From Candidatus Heimdallarchaeota archaeon (GTDB lineage: Archaea > Asgardarchaeota > Heimdallarchaeia > JABLTI01): DNA of 64,000 bases. A program made the translations under genes and the position numbers. Below, one piece after another: positions 9,978 through 20,685 of the stretch; the first letter of the stretch is position 1; every line of letters begins with the position of its first letter. The notes beneath the pieces are model-generated. The model saw only the letters and a program-made list of their open reading frames with translations, did not search any database and had not been told where the DNA came from. Location: assembly GCA_019056785.1 (NCBI GenBank), contig DXJV01000100.1, positions 10,796 to 74,795 on the forward strand, given 5' to 3'.

Positions 9978-11874
9978 AGTTTCGTAAAGAAGGGCGTCTC
10001 CACTTTCTGAAAAGAAGAACGATAAGACCGCCAATTAAGATTGAGATTAGAGGGAGGGGTGTTTCTGGTGTGAGAAAAACAACTTCGGTCTGCAAAGGCG
10101 TTTGATAAAAAGTCCGGAGGAGAAGCATGTTTCGTGCCAGATAAACAGTCGCACTATCAGTTTTATTTGTGAGAGTGAAGGATAAAGTCGTTTTGCTGCC
10201 GTTGATCCAAACGGTTGTGACAAGCTTTTCAAAGGGTGTTATAATTTCTAGTGGGAGAGGAAGTTGATACCAATCCTTCTCGGCATTTGTAACTTTGATC
10301 GTAATTGTGAGGCCATCTTGGGAGCTTGCAGTTAATGATAATTTAGGTAAGCCTGTTTTAAAGTACCATTGATCAAAAAACCAAGTAAGGTTCTGGTGAG
10401 ACACAGAGGAAAAAATTGAGGTGAAGTCCTTGAAAAAGAGGTTACTACCAGCAAATGTTTGATAAATCACTTGAAGACAGGCGAGAAATGTTTCTGTGCC
10501 CAAGTAATTTTCCAACATTTTTAACACGACAAAACCTTTGTCATAAACAGTGTAAAAATATGGCAGGCTGTCACCAAAGGAGGTCCAATATGCCATTGAA
10601 GAGCCGAGTTTGAAATCGCCTTTGTCTAATGAGTATGCCTCATAAACTTTATAGCGGTACGCTGTTTTTTCTTTGGCATCATCTGTCCGATTTTGAGCCT
10701 CTAAGAAATAAATGGAAGTCCAGACAGCAAAAGGTTCATCGATAAAAGGTTCGAGATAACTATTTGTCCCTAAAATGAATGGAAAATACTGATGAGCAAT
10801 TTCATGGACAATGACTTCTTCCCAATAGAGAAAATTAGAGCCATTATAATAAGTATTATGAGCGATTAAAACCAGACCAGGATACTCCATCCCACCACCA
10901 CCTGGAAAAGTCACAATGGCAAGGGTTTCCCAAATATATGGACCAAATGCAGAAGAATAAATTTCAAGTGCTTGTCGGCCCATTTCAGTCGCAAGTTTAC
11001 CACGATACTCAAGCTCTTCATCGTCAAAATAATAGGACGTAATCGTTGTACCATTCCAGGTAGTGGAAGACTTGGCAAAATCGGGGCTCGCTGCAAAAGC
11101 AAGGTCACGTATCGTTACTTTCTCGTAAATGATCGTTTTTTTCACGCCCACAACTTGAGTTTTAACTGGTAAAGAACACGCCACCTGGAAGGTTTTTGGT
11201 ACAGTTAAAATCATTTCATAAGAACTCATATCATAATAGAAAGACTCACCCATAAAGGAATAGGGGCTTCTATCCCAACCATTTTGGTCATAAACTGCTA
11301 AAACCGGGTACCAATTTGTTAAATAATAAGCTTCATAGGGAGAAAGAATATAACCAAACCTGTCCTCCAACTGCGGGATAGTAGTAGTGAAGTCAATTGT
11401 GATGATAACGCTCTTAAGAGGGAGTAAGGTTGCATTCAAATTTATTTCAAGAATAGTATCAGTAATTTGATGACTACTCGAGTTGAGCTGATCGCCCTCT
11501 ACTTGTAAAGTATTAATCACAATATCGCCACCATAAGAAACAAATGCCTTGGGGTGAACATGAAAAACAAGCTGGCTAAGAGGAACATTCTCTGTATTAG
11601 TATAATTTACAACCAGAACACCCGAAATGGAGGCAGTAGCAACATCTAATTCAACAGTAAAAAAGTAACTATTAATAATTGTAGGAGTCTTTGGTTTCAC
11701 TGAGTTTCTTAAGGAGGGGGCTTGTTCTTTCTTGGTTGATGTGGCAGATGAAATAATGGAGATACTTTTCCCATGACTGGATAATTGAACAAACATCACG
11801 CCCATAAACAGTAAAACAAAGAAAAATCCAATAATTTGTCTTTCTGATTTTTTCTGCATTTCTCTAAAACACAC
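9961..11874 (-). CDS. Secreted, C-terminally anchored M1-family zinc aminopeptidase
   Basis: Signal peptide, GGMEYP, HEIAH..E, C-terminal TM followed by basic tail. Confidence 0.9.
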   Translation of the reverse strand: MCFREMQKKSERQIIGFFFVLLFMGVMFVQLSSHGKSISIISSATSTKKEQAPSLRNSVKPKTPTIINSYFFTVELDVATASISGVLVVNYTNTENVPLSQLVFHVHPKAFVSYGGDIVINTLQVEGDQLNSSSHQITDTILEINLNATLLPLKSVIITIDFTTTIPQLEDRFGYILSPYEAYYLTNWYPVLAVYDQNGWDRSPYSFMGESFYYDMSSYEMILTVPKTFQVACSLPVKTQVVGVKKTIIYEKVTIRDLAFAASPDFAKSSTTWNGTTITSYYFDDEELEYRGKLATEMGRQALEIYSSAFGPYIWETLAIVTFPGGGGMEYPGLVLIAHNTYYNGSNFLYWEEVIVHEIAHQYFPFILGTNSYLEPFIDEPFAVWTSIYFLEAQNRTDDAKEKTAYRYKVYEAYSLDKGDFKLGSSMAYWTSFGDSLPYFYTVYDKGFVVLKMLENYLGTETFLACLQVIYQTFAGSNLFFKDFTSIFSSVSHQNLTWFFDQWYFKTGLPKLSLTASSQDGLTITIKVTNAEKDWYQLPLPLEIITPFEKLVTTVWINGSKTTLSFTLTNKTDSATVYLARNMLLLRTFYQTPLQTEVVFLTPETPLPLISILIGGLIVLLFRKWRRPSLRNFKRRS

Positions 11875-11890
11875 TCACTCTATTTTTTTG

Positions 11891-12418
11891 TCAAATGGTT
11901 TCTTTTCCTTTAGCAATGCCATAACGCACTTTGACGGCAACGCCTTTCTGAAAAGCAAGCATGTACGAAGCTGAAAGTTTTGCTCGTCCGACAGCTAAAA
12001 GCTCGTCTTCTTCAGAAACAACGATAACCTCATCTTCTGGCAAAATTTCAGGGTCAACTGAAACAACGTGTTTTGCAAAGACATTACGACCAGCAGCAAT
12101 GAATTCAGCAACATCGGATTGGATTATTACTCGCCGTTTTGGGCTCGAGACAAAAACAAGTACACGCTTTGCCCCCTCTAATCCAAGGGAGAAGAGCCCA
12201 TCCTGTGCACGTAATGTAGCTAACCGTTTGCCGTCAAGAAGCACTTCACGAACCTTTTTAGTCGCTCTCGAAAAAGTAACTTGAATGGTATCAGGGGCCA
12301 ATGCTTCAGCAAACTCGGGGCCAAATTGATATTGGGCGATAGTTTTTAATTGCCGGAGGGTCCAACCATCGGGTGATTGAGCATTCTTTGTTTTTGATGG
12401 CACTTGAAATTTCTCCAA
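11891..12418 (-). CDS. PUA-domain protein (archaeosine TGT C-terminal-like)
   Basis: IAQYQFG, GRNVFAKHV, DEVIVV, GVAVKVR. Confidence 0.88.
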   Translation of the reverse strand: MEKFQVPSKTKNAQSPDGWTLRQLKTIAQYQFGPEFAEALAPDTIQVTFSRATKKVREVLLDGKRLATLRAQDGLFSLGLEGAKRVLVFVSSPKRRVIIQSDVAEFIAAGRNVFAKHVVSVDPEILPEDEVIVVSEEDELLAVGRAKLSASYMLAFQKGVAVKVRYGIAKGKETI

Positions 12419-12453
12419 AGAGAACTACCATATGCTCCCTTTTTATTTTAACC

Positions 12454-13320
12454 TTATTTCTTGGAAATCCGAACGTCCAACACGATATGCTCTATCCCAG
12501 GGGCATATTTTTTCACTATTCGCCGAGAAAGAATAGTAACAGCAGCCTTTTCCAGCATTGCAGCATTGTGAATACGATTAATAGGCCGTTGTACGGCAGT
12601 AGCTTTGTTAGGAACAGCTTCATGATAATGAATTATTCCCCCATCCCTACAAAGGCGGATCGCCAAGCGTATTTGTTCCTCGCTCGAGAACAAATAACCT
12701 ACAAGAACGCGATCGGCAACATCTCTATATCGTGGAAGGGTTGTGCAATTGTCGCCAAAGACAGGTTCAACAATACTTTCTACTTTATTTAATTGGATAT
12801 TCTCTTGTAAATAGTGAAATGCCAGAGGATTAATTTCTGCTGCAATGAGTTTTTTAGGCGAGTTATTTACCGCTAAGGGGAGAGAGAGATTACCAACACA
12901 ACTGAACATATCAATGATAATCTCACCGGGCGAAGTTATTTGCACCAGTCGGGTTCGTTCACCATGATTCCCAGGCGAGAACGTTAATTTAGCGGCATCA
13001 AGTTTGAATAAACAGCCAAGCTCCTTATGTATGGTTTCAGTATTAGGATCGCCCGCGAGTAAGTGGTATTGCGGTTCGCGAATGATGGCTGTTGTAGGAC
13101 CGATCTTTCCAAGAACAGAGCGAACAGGTTTAGAAAGGACTTGCAAAAATGCCTTACCGATGATTTCACCATAGGGAATTAATTCTCGAGGCAAAGAAAA
13201 AAGTACAATGTCACCTAAAAACCACCATCTTTTTGGCAAAGACTCGAGTAACTGCTCTGGAATATGAGGGGCTAAAAAGCTTTTTAGTTGAATTATTGTG
13301 GCATTATTCGCTTTCGTCAA
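12454..13320 (-). CDS. Trm5/Tyw2 (Met-10+) family SAM-dependent tRNA-modifying enzyme
   Basis: ETIHKE, FSPGNHGER, DMFSCVGN, EINP, DRVLVGY, KKYAPG. Confidence 0.88.
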   Translation of the reverse strand: MTKANNATIIQLKSFLAPHIPEQLLESLPKRWWFLGDIVLFSLPRELIPYGEIIGKAFLQVLSKPVRSVLGKIGPTTAIIREPQYHLLAGDPNTETIHKELGCLFKLDAAKLTFSPGNHGERTRLVQITSPGEIIIDMFSCVGNLSLPLAVNNSPKKLIAAEINPLAFHYLQENIQLNKVESIVEPVFGDNCTTLPRYRDVADRVLVGYLFSSEEQIRLAIRLCRDGGIIHYHEAVPNKATAVQRPINRIHNAAMLEKAAVTILSRRIVKKYAPGIEHIVLDVRISKK

Positions 13321-13819
13321 CGTTCTTCCTCAGAAAATCCGCAAGTAATTTGCTCAGAAAGGTAACGCTTTCTTTTACCTTAGGAGTCATTTCTTCAAGA
13401 TAACTTAAGGACTGGGGTTCAATGCCGATGAAGAAGGCTTTAAGATGTTTGAGGAAATGGCGAAGATATTTAAGATACATCTTCATGGATGTTTTATGCG
13501 GGGTGATCATAAACGCGTCATCAATATCTTTCTCTGTAAAGACGCGGATGGTTCCAGGAGATTCACCCATATTTGCGGCGTCGATAATAATTAAATAATC
13601 CGGGCGTTCTTTTTTTATAACACCGGTGAAGGCTTCAGGAACAGGACCGCTATTTAAGATAACAATGTTCTTCGGGAAAGAATAATTTTGTAACTCGTCC
13701 AGGACAGCCCCCCCAACGTAATCATCGGAACGGTCAAAGTTTCCAATGCCAAGAAGGCAAATTTTTTTCTCAAGGTTGATTTTCTTCAACTTTTTCCAAT
13801 TTATAACTTTTTGTGGCAT
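13304..13819 (-). CDS. hycI: Hydrogenase maturation protease (HycI-like)
   Basis: LGIGN..RSDD..G, GPVPE, IIDAA, TPH, GIEP. Confidence 0.85.
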   Translation of the reverse strand: MPQKVINWKKLKKINLEKKICLLGIGNFDRSDDYVGGAVLDELQNYSFPKNIVILNSGPVPEAFTGVIKKERPDYLIIIDAANMGESPGTIRVFTEKDIDDAFMITPHKTSMKMYLKYLRHFLKHLKAFFIGIEPQSLSYLEEMTPKVKESVTFLSKLLADFLRKNVDESE

Positions 13820-13852
13820 TTACAACACCTGAAATAAAAGGGGGAATCTAAG

Positions 13853-15439
13853 TCATAGGAATTTTGGCCCTTCAGGGAGCTTATCAATGTATTTCAGAAC
13901 TTTGCTAGGCCAAGCATCGACTTTTGTTCCCTTTTGAGCGACAAAAGCTGAAATATATCGTTCAAAACTACCACCGCCACAACCTGACCAAACCTCTTTG
14001 CCTGATTGCGATTTCACAGTAAAGCTTTTTGGATATTTCTGACCGATTATTGAAACATTCTGTGTCTCCAACCAATGGCTGGTTTCACGCATGCCACGAT
14101 AAGGCATATAGACTTCAAAATCGATTGTACCTACTCTGTCAAATGTTTGGAGGGTGACTTGCTCCTCTTCAGTGTCAGCAACACCTTCTTGGCTGGTCCA
14201 CCAAGGAGTAACCCATGCTTCCTGGAATTCTAGGTCAAGTATCTCCCCCAGAATCTTACGAAAACGGAGACGCAATTTTTGAGCAATGGTTTTAATTTGC
14301 TCCGGAAAACCAATGTAAAGTGTCTCGATACGATGTAACTCATCTACACGTTCAAACCCATGTGCAGCCCCACTTTCGTAGCGGTAAGTTGGCCCGGACC
14401 AATCGTAAACGAAAATGGGAAAACTATCATCAGCAATGGTTTTGCCTTGGAGGTAGATCCAAAACGGTGGGCACTGAGCGAAACTTAATCCGCCTATTGG
14501 AGGGCGAAGTTTCTCCATAATCTTCTCGGGTTCAACTTCGAGGGTAATGCGGTAATAATCTGCAATTTCTTCCCAAAACTCAGGGTCGGCGGTTTTCGGT
14601 GTGCAAACAAAGTACGGTTCAAAACCCCCTTGGTAAATGCCAGAAAGATGCCCACTTCGTTTCCAAATATCCCATGGAACAACCTTTGGAAAGATCATAT
14701 TCTTAAAACTTAGGGGCTTATAGAGATGTTCAATCATAATTTGTTTTAAGGCTTCTGCTAAAGCAGTTATTTGTGGGCCAAAAATCCATTGGTTACGATA
14801 ACCGGTTCTTTGGATCCAACCCTCTTTTATCATTAACTCCGTAGGATTATCTGTGCAACGAATCTCCTTTTTGGGGGAGCTCCAAATAACAAGATGGTGT
14901 TCATCCTTCCCACGAATCATTTCCTCAATAACTTTGTTTCTAACCAACTTTACTAATCTATCAATAGCGCCTTTTTCAATAAAGTCTATTGGGATGTTCT
15001 TTTGAAGGGTGACCGTAGCAGATGTATCTGAAAATTTAATGGAGGAAACAAAAGGAAGAGAGAATTCTTTCATGGGCCGGCGGGGGATATCAACATCGAT
15101 TTTATAAGATTTAATGACAATACCACTTATCCCAAGACGAAATTCACGGCCCAGTTTTTGGCTGAAAAATTTGCGCATTCGTAAAAGAGCATGATGGGGG
15201 GGCAAAATGCCACCACTAGTCATTGTAAACTGGAGCTCATCCTCTTTCTCAGAACGAGAAACAACAGACCATTTTGTGACCCGAGAAATTTCAGGGAGAT
15301 CTTTCTTTTTAATTCCTTTCTCGAGTAAAGCTTGCAATTCAGTAAGCCACTGGTCGATTAAACTCTTGGCGGTTGCAGGAAGCTTTCCCCGGATAATAAA
15401 ACTAAATTTGAGATGATACCGCATTGATTTGTTCCTCAA
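13853..15439 (-). CDS. serS: Seryl-tRNA synthetase, methanogen-type (type 2, Zn-dependent)
   Basis: AQCPPFW, RYESG..GFERVDELHRIE, WSGCGG; N-terminal domain lacks the bacterial-type coiled coil. Confidence 0.88.
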   Translation of the reverse strand: MRNKSMRYHLKFSFIIRGKLPATAKSLIDQWLTELQALLEKGIKKKDLPEISRVTKWSVVSRSEKEDELQFTMTSGGILPPHHALLRMRKFFSQKLGREFRLGISGIVIKSYKIDVDIPRRPMKEFSLPFVSSIKFSDTSATVTLQKNIPIDFIEKGAIDRLVKLVRNKVIEEMIRGKDEHHLVIWSSPKKEIRCTDNPTELMIKEGWIQRTGYRNQWIFGPQITALAEALKQIMIEHLYKPLSFKNMIFPKVVPWDIWKRSGHLSGIYQGGFEPYFVCTPKTADPEFWEEIADYYRITLEVEPEKIMEKLRPPIGGLSFAQCPPFWIYLQGKTIADDSFPIFVYDWSGPTYRYESGAAHGFERVDELHRIETLYIGFPEQIKTIAQKLRLRFRKILGEILDLEFQEAWVTPWWTSQEGVADTEEEQVTLQTFDRVGTIDFEVYMPYRGMRETSHWLETQNVSIIGQKYPKSFTVKSQSGKEVWSGCGGGSFERYISAFVAQKGTKVDAWPSKVLKYIDKLPEGPKFL

Positions 15440-15496
15440 AATCTTAGACAGTGAAGAGAAGATAAATCTTTCTAGTTCTCTAAAACAAAAGGGAAA

Positions 15497-16444
15497 CTAA
15501 AGAAAGACAAAGATAAGTGGTGGGAGGAAAAATAATAAGGTCATGATGAAGAACACCAAACTGTACCAAAGGCGACGTCTTCGTCGAATGTCAAAATAGA
15601 GAGCATTTGTACGCATTTCTGCAAGGCGCTCAAAGGAGAAGGGGACAAGCTGCGGTTCATCCTCTTGCCCGGGAAAGAAGATGTTGATAGAGGTGTGTTT
15701 ATCGAGTTTTACTTTTTCTATAACGCCTTTTTCTTTCCGCTTTGGATCAAAAATGATTTTCACTTTATCAGTGAAATCGCGATAAATAACAGGGAAAAAG
15801 ACAACAGCACCAATTTTTAGGCCTTTGCGTTTAATATTAAGCTCATCATAGGTTTTCTTTTTGACCGCGAAAAGTAACTTGCGTGATTGGAGGGAAACCA
15901 TCCATGCTTCAATAACAATCTGTTTCGTTTTCTTTTCTCCCACAAGAAAATCCTCGAGTTTGATATAAAATAATCCTTCTTTAGTTAGAGAAAGAAGCCG
16001 GTTAAAAAGAACCTCATTATCTTTATCGTAAATGGTAATCTCTATCTCATTATCCATACATTGTTCAATAACATAACCGGTGATGAATAACCCCTTACCG
16101 ACAACTGTTGCATCACTCGGAGCGATGATTCGAATTGGAATGGTTCTTTGCCCGCCCCATACGCCAAAAATACCACCAATGAATAACGCAAGCCCACCGT
16201 CAATCATAAGGAGAATAGTCGACCAATAATAGAAATCATTGGAGGAGTTAGAATGAACCTGAATTACTCGAGCCAAACCTAAGCTTGCACCATAAATAAC
16301 AAGCATAATACCAAACAGAATCAGAGCAATCTTGTAGAAGGGCATTGGTGGTTTGACTTTTTTCTCCTCTTTTAACGCAAGTTTCAGCTTATCTTTCTTG
16401 CGTTCTTCAGCATCTTTAAAGGCATCTAAATCCAGGCGGGGCAT
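15497..16444 (-). CDS. Hypothetical membrane protein
   Basis: Two N-terminal TMs, a soluble beta-rich domain and a C-terminal TM. Confidence 0.7.
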   Translation of the reverse strand: MPRLDLDAFKDAEERKKDKLKLALKEEKKVKPPMPFYKIALILFGIMLVIYGASLGLARVIQVHSNSSNDFYYWSTILLMIDGGLALFIGGIFGVWGGQRTIPIRIIAPSDATVVGKGLFITGYVIEQCMDNEIEITIYDKDNEVLFNRLLSLTKEGLFYIKLEDFLVGEKKTKQIVIEAWMVSLQSRKLLFAVKKKTYDELNIKRKGLKIGAVVFFPVIYRDFTDKVKIIFDPKRKEKGVIEKVKLDKHTSINIFFPGQEDEPQLVPFSFERLAEMRTNALYFDIRRRRRLWYSLVFFIMTLLFFLPPLIFVFL

Positions 16445-16591
16445 GTTAAAACCTCACGTTTATCAGAATTTGCTATGCTTAATAAATTTTGATTACCTTC
16501 GGAAATTAAGAGAAAAACAGGAAATCCTTGAAAGAAAAATTCAACCTTAAATGGTTTCAAGATGAACGGCGACCCTTTAGATACAGGATGA

Positions 16592-17296
16592 TTAACGATT
16601 AATGAGAATTTCACAGAGAACATGAGAAGAACCGATATCGAAATTTGTTGCCCCATATGAAGACAAAAACTCTACAAGCGACTCTCGGTTCAGCCAGCCT
16701 GCTTTTGCGCGTTGTTTATTAAAACCATCTTTGTCAAGAATGTGCCTACTAATCAACTCAGTAAGAGTTTTGAAGACACCGTTTCCTCTCTCAAAACAAG
16801 CAGCAATGAGAATTTTTTGTCGAGCACAACGGATGGCATTTTGGATGAGAAGAGGATGATAGGGGGTAACGTGATGGAGGACATCAGAAAGGACTACAGT
16901 GTCGGCTTTAAAGCCGGACAGATCACCAAGGATGTCACGTTTATAATAATAGCCGGAAAACTTTCGGGCAGCATATGATAAAAAAACCTCATTAAGATCA
17001 ACGCCTATATAATCAAGTTCTGCTGGCAGAAATTTTCGTAAAAGTGCTGTACCACACCCAAGGTCAAGAACCGAATTCCCTGCAACACGACTTGCTAATG
17101 CTTTTGGAATCTTTTGTTGGGGGTCGTTCATCCAAATAGAAAAGTTGTAAATGACCGGATGTTGATACATCAAACCAAAATTCCAGCGCTCACGGAATGA
17201 CAGGCGCTTTCGTTTATGACGAGATGGGCCAGTTTCAAAGCCCGTGCCAGGATGGCAAGCATGTGTTATCGTCGGTGTCAAGGAAAGATCACTCAT
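16592..17296 (-). CDS. Class I SAM-dependent methyltransferase
   Basis: VLDLGCGT, GVDLN, DTVVLSDVLHH. Confidence 0.85.
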   Translation of the reverse strand: MSDLSLTPTITHACHPGTGFETGPSRHKRKRLSFRERWNFGLMYQHPVIYNFSIWMNDPQQKIPKALASRVAGNSVLDLGCGTALLRKFLPAELDYIGVDLNEVFLSYAARKFSGYYYKRDILGDLSGFKADTVVLSDVLHHVTPYHPLLIQNAIRCARQKILIAACFERGNGVFKTLTELISRHILDKDGFNKQRAKAGWLNRESLVEFLSSYGATNFDIGSSHVLCEILINR

Positions 17297-17426
17297 TTAC
17301 TATGACCACATCTAATGTTTTCTTCAATGATTAGACAAAGCTTTTTGTTTATATACTTCTAAATTGTTATAGAAAAAGAAACATCTAAGAAGAGTTTTTA
17401 ACTGAAAGACATGAGAGAAGTTCAAA

Positions 17427-18863
17427 ATGAAAGACAAACATAAAATTTCTGTTTTCGGAACTGGCTTTGTTGGGCTTGTCACCGCAGCAGTTTTTGCAGA
17501 TAAAGGCTGGAGGGTCATTGCGGTTGACATAGATAAGGAAAAAGTAGAGAAAGTAAATAACGGAGAGCCGTTTTTTTATGAACCAAATTTAGAATCGCTT
17601 TTAAAAAGGGCAGTATTTGAGCAAAAAACGCTAACAGCAACTACAAAGCAACAAGAAAGTGTTTTGGAGACTAGTATGACATTTATTTGTGTAGGTACAC
17701 CCACTAGGAAGGATGGTAGTTGCAATTTAGACTTTGTTCGAGCTGTCACACAAACAATTGGCAAAGCACTTGCAAAGAAAAAAGACTATCATTTAGTGGT
17801 GGTAAAGTCAACCGTTGTTCCTGAAACAACACGAAAAGTGGTTTTGCCCCTGTTGGAGAAAACATCCGGAAAAAAAGTTGGAAAGGATTTTGGTTTGTGC
17901 ATGAACCCCGAGTTTTTACGAGAAGGGCAGAGCATCCATGACACCATTTTTCCGGATAGAATTATCGTTGGTGAAATTGATGAACGCTCCGGAGAAACGC
18001 TAGCAAACCTCTATGCACAACTCTACGACGAGAAAAGCGATGCTTTTAACTCCTTTTGGAGCCAGATCTATGGGAAAAAGCCACAAAAACCTCCAATTAA
18101 ACGATATTCACTCGAGACAGCGGAGCTGATAAAATATGCAAACAATTGTTTTTTGGCAACAAAGATCTCATTTGTAAACGAACTAGCTAATATCTGTGAA
18201 CAGACGCCCGGAGCAGATATAAAGGATATTGCTGATGCCATGGGATTAGATTTTCGAATCAACCCACACTTTCTCAAAGCAGGGGCGGGTTTTGGGGGCT
18301 CTTGCTTTCCGAAAGATGTCGGAGCGATTATTAGTTATGCCCTTGCCAGAAATTATCAACCAAACCTACTAGAAAGTGTCCTTGCTGTGAATGCTTTTCA
18401 AGCACAACACATGGTAGAATTGGTAGAGAAAGAGCTAGGGGCACTTAAGGGAATGACCATTGCCCTTCTTGGATTGTCATTTAAACCGGGAACTGATGAC
18501 ATGCGAAATGCCCCATCATTAACAATCATTGAGTTATTACGTGCCAAACAAGCAAAAGTTATTGCTTGGGACCCCAAGGCCATAAAGGAAGCACGAAAGG
18601 AAGAATGGCTTGGAGAGAAAATCACTTATGCTACTTCTCTTAAGGAAGCCCTCACAGCTGCTGATGCCTGTTTATTAGTAACGGATTGGCCGGAGTTCAA
18701 AACATTAACGCCAGTTGATTTTAAATGCATGCGACAGAAAATCCTTATCGATGGGCGACGAATTTATGACCCTGCAGAATTTTTAAAAGCAGGAATTCAC
18801 TACCGAGGAATTGGGCTTGGAATGAAAGAAAATGGGAATAAAAATTCACAAGGAGAACAATAA
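17427..18863 (+). CDS. ugd: UDP-glucose/GDP-mannose 6-dehydrogenase
   Basis: GTGFVG, CVGTP, KSTV, NPEFLREG, GFGGSCFPKD, FKPGTDDMR. Confidence 0.95.
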   Translation: MKDKHKISVFGTGFVGLVTAAVFADKGWRVIAVDIDKEKVEKVNNGEPFFYEPNLESLLKRAVFEQKTLTATTKQQESVLETSMTFICVGTPTRKDGSCNLDFVRAVTQTIGKALAKKKDYHLVVVKSTVVPETTRKVVLPLLEKTSGKKVGKDFGLCMNPEFLREGQSIHDTIFPDRIIVGEIDERSGETLANLYAQLYDEKSDAFNSFWSQIYGKKPQKPPIKRYSLETAELIKYANNCFLATKISFVNELANICEQTPGADIKDIADAMGLDFRINPHFLKAGAGFGGSCFPKDVGAIISYALARNYQPNLLESVLAVNAFQAQHMVELVEKELGALKGMTIALLGLSFKPGTDDMRNAPSLTIIELLRAKQAKVIAWDPKAIKEARKEEWLGEKITYATSLKEALTAADACLLVTDWPEFKTLTPVDFKCMRQKILIDGRRIYDPAEFLKAGIHYRGIGLGMKENGNKNSQGEQ

Positions 18864-19817
18864 ATGGCTAATAGATTATCATTAAATGAAAAAGTAATGC
18901 CTTTTGTTAAAGAGCTTATGAACAACGAACAATTATTGAAAGTTCATGTTACAAAAATCAATGGAGCAACTATCATTGATTGTGGACTCGAGGCCGAAGG
19001 GAGCATTAAAGCGGGGTTACTCTTTACAAAAATAACGCTGGGAGGAATGGGAGATGTGCAAATTCTTTTTCCGACAGATGCAAAACAGAGTCCATTTCCA
19101 GTTGTTCAAGTGATGACCTCACACCCTGTACTAGCAACATTAGGATGTCAAGCAGCAAGCTGGAATATCAACAAAGAAGGCTTTTTCGGAATGGCTTCCG
19201 GGCCGGGAAGGGTACTAGCCCAGAAGCCTTCGAAAATATTCAAAAAAATCAACTATACAGAAGAAAATAAGACTGCTGTTCTTTGTATTGAGTCAGCCAC
19301 CTATCCCTCAGAAGAAGTTATTGACTATCTGGCAAAAAAATGTGCCGTTCAAAAAGAAAACCTCTACCTCTTGCTGATCAAAACAGCAAGCATAGTAGAA
19401 TATATTCAAATGGCAGCTCGTGCAATTGAATTGGGAATGTTTCGCCTGGTGGAGCAATTAAACTATCCTAAAGAACATATTCTATATGCTCTTGGTGCCG
19501 GAAGGATTCCTCCATTTATTGCCGAGGAAGAACGCTCCAACGATAGAATAAACAACGCATTAATTTATGGTACAGAGCTGTATCTTATTATCCGCTCAGA
19601 ACCAGAGGATGACATAGAAAAACTTGTAGAAAAGATGATTTCAAAAGCATCGGAAAATTATGGCAAGAGATTTCTTACTGTCTTTAATGAAGCTGGGGGG
19701 ACATTCGAAAATTTCGACCTGTCACTATTAGCACCTACCGAAGTGATCATAAATGACAGCCGAACAGGAAAGCTGTTTCAAGCAGGGGAAATAAACCTCA
19801 AACAACTAAAAGACTAA
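18864..19817 (+). CDS. mch: Methenyl-tetrahydromethanopterin cyclohydrolase (divergent)
   Basis: GATIIDCG, LGCQAASW, GMASGPGR, QMAARAIE, NNALIYG, S.NYGKRF. Confidence 0.85.
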   Translation: MANRLSLNEKVMPFVKELMNNEQLLKVHVTKINGATIIDCGLEAEGSIKAGLLFTKITLGGMGDVQILFPTDAKQSPFPVVQVMTSHPVLATLGCQAASWNINKEGFFGMASGPGRVLAQKPSKIFKKINYTEENKTAVLCIESATYPSEEVIDYLAKKCAVQKENLYLLLIKTASIVEYIQMAARAIELGMFRLVEQLNYPKEHILYALGAGRIPPFIAEEERSNDRINNALIYGTELYLIIRSEPEDDIEKLVEKMISKASENYGKRFLTVFNEAGGTFENFDLSLLAPTEVIINDSRTGKLFQAGEINLKQLKD

Positions 19818-19921
19818 CTAACACGAAACAATAACAATTTCCGCTGCCGCATGAATTAAGAGAGGACAATAGACTCGAGGCACATGCTCCAGAAAAGCCG
19901 ACCGAAAAGGAAAGACGAAGC

Positions 19922-20443
19922 TTAGACTTTTTCTTTTTCTTCCTCAGGTAGAATGGGCTGCTCGTCCAGGGGTAGCCTTTCAGATTTCGGTTGAGCTTCG
20001 ACAATCTTATCGACAATTTCCATGCCGTGAGTTAAGGAGTAAACAGAGAGATCAAAACTAAGGAGTCCTTTGTTGGTCATAATAAGGAGGGATTTTATCT
20101 TCTTTAAGAAGCCATCTTTTCCTTTTATGTTTGCCCTGCCAACCGAAATAACTTCAGACCAGCTGACGCGTTTCCAGATAAACCGTTGGCGATATTTGAT
20201 CATTTCCTCATCGATGTGTAAGCGTAAGGAAGCAATTTTCAAAATGCGATAAAGTGAGAAGAAGATGAAGAGAGCGCCAATAAATATTGCAGCGAACATG
20301 ACCATATCATTGTCTACAAAAAGTAATGTTCCTATAAGTGTCGAAATACCAATAATCAAACCAGAAATTGGCAAAAGAGCCTTTCGCAATCGTTCCCGTA
20401 AAGAAGGGGACAATTCGAGGGGTTGATCTTTAATATTGACCAT
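19922..20443 (-). CDS. Membrane protein with bacterial PH-like C-terminal domain
   Basis: Two TMs followed by 'LHIDEEMIKYR..KRVSWSEVISV'. Confidence 0.65.
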   Translation of the reverse strand: MVNIKDQPLELSPSLRERLRKALLPISGLIIGISTLIGTLLFVDNDMVMFAAIFIGALFIFFSLYRILKIASLRLHIDEEMIKYRQRFIWKRVSWSEVISVGRANIKGKDGFLKKIKSLLIMTNKGLLSFDLSVYSLTHGMEIVDKIVEAQPKSERLPLDEQPILPEEEKEKV

Positions 20444-20685
20444 TAACTTTTCTCCTGTTACAGGTTAATGCCATATTACGTATTATATGTAATGTCTCAG
20501 CCTATAGTTTAAACCTTTCGGAATCTTTCGAAAAAGCGGTAAGAAAACAGATTTGTGCTTTTCACACCATTCTCTTTGCCATTTCTTTGTTAGGAACTGC
20601 TTAACAAAGATTTTTAAAAAAAATCCAGTATATAAAAAGTGGTTTCCCATTTATTTGGTGATTCTAATCATTCAAGGTAATTACT

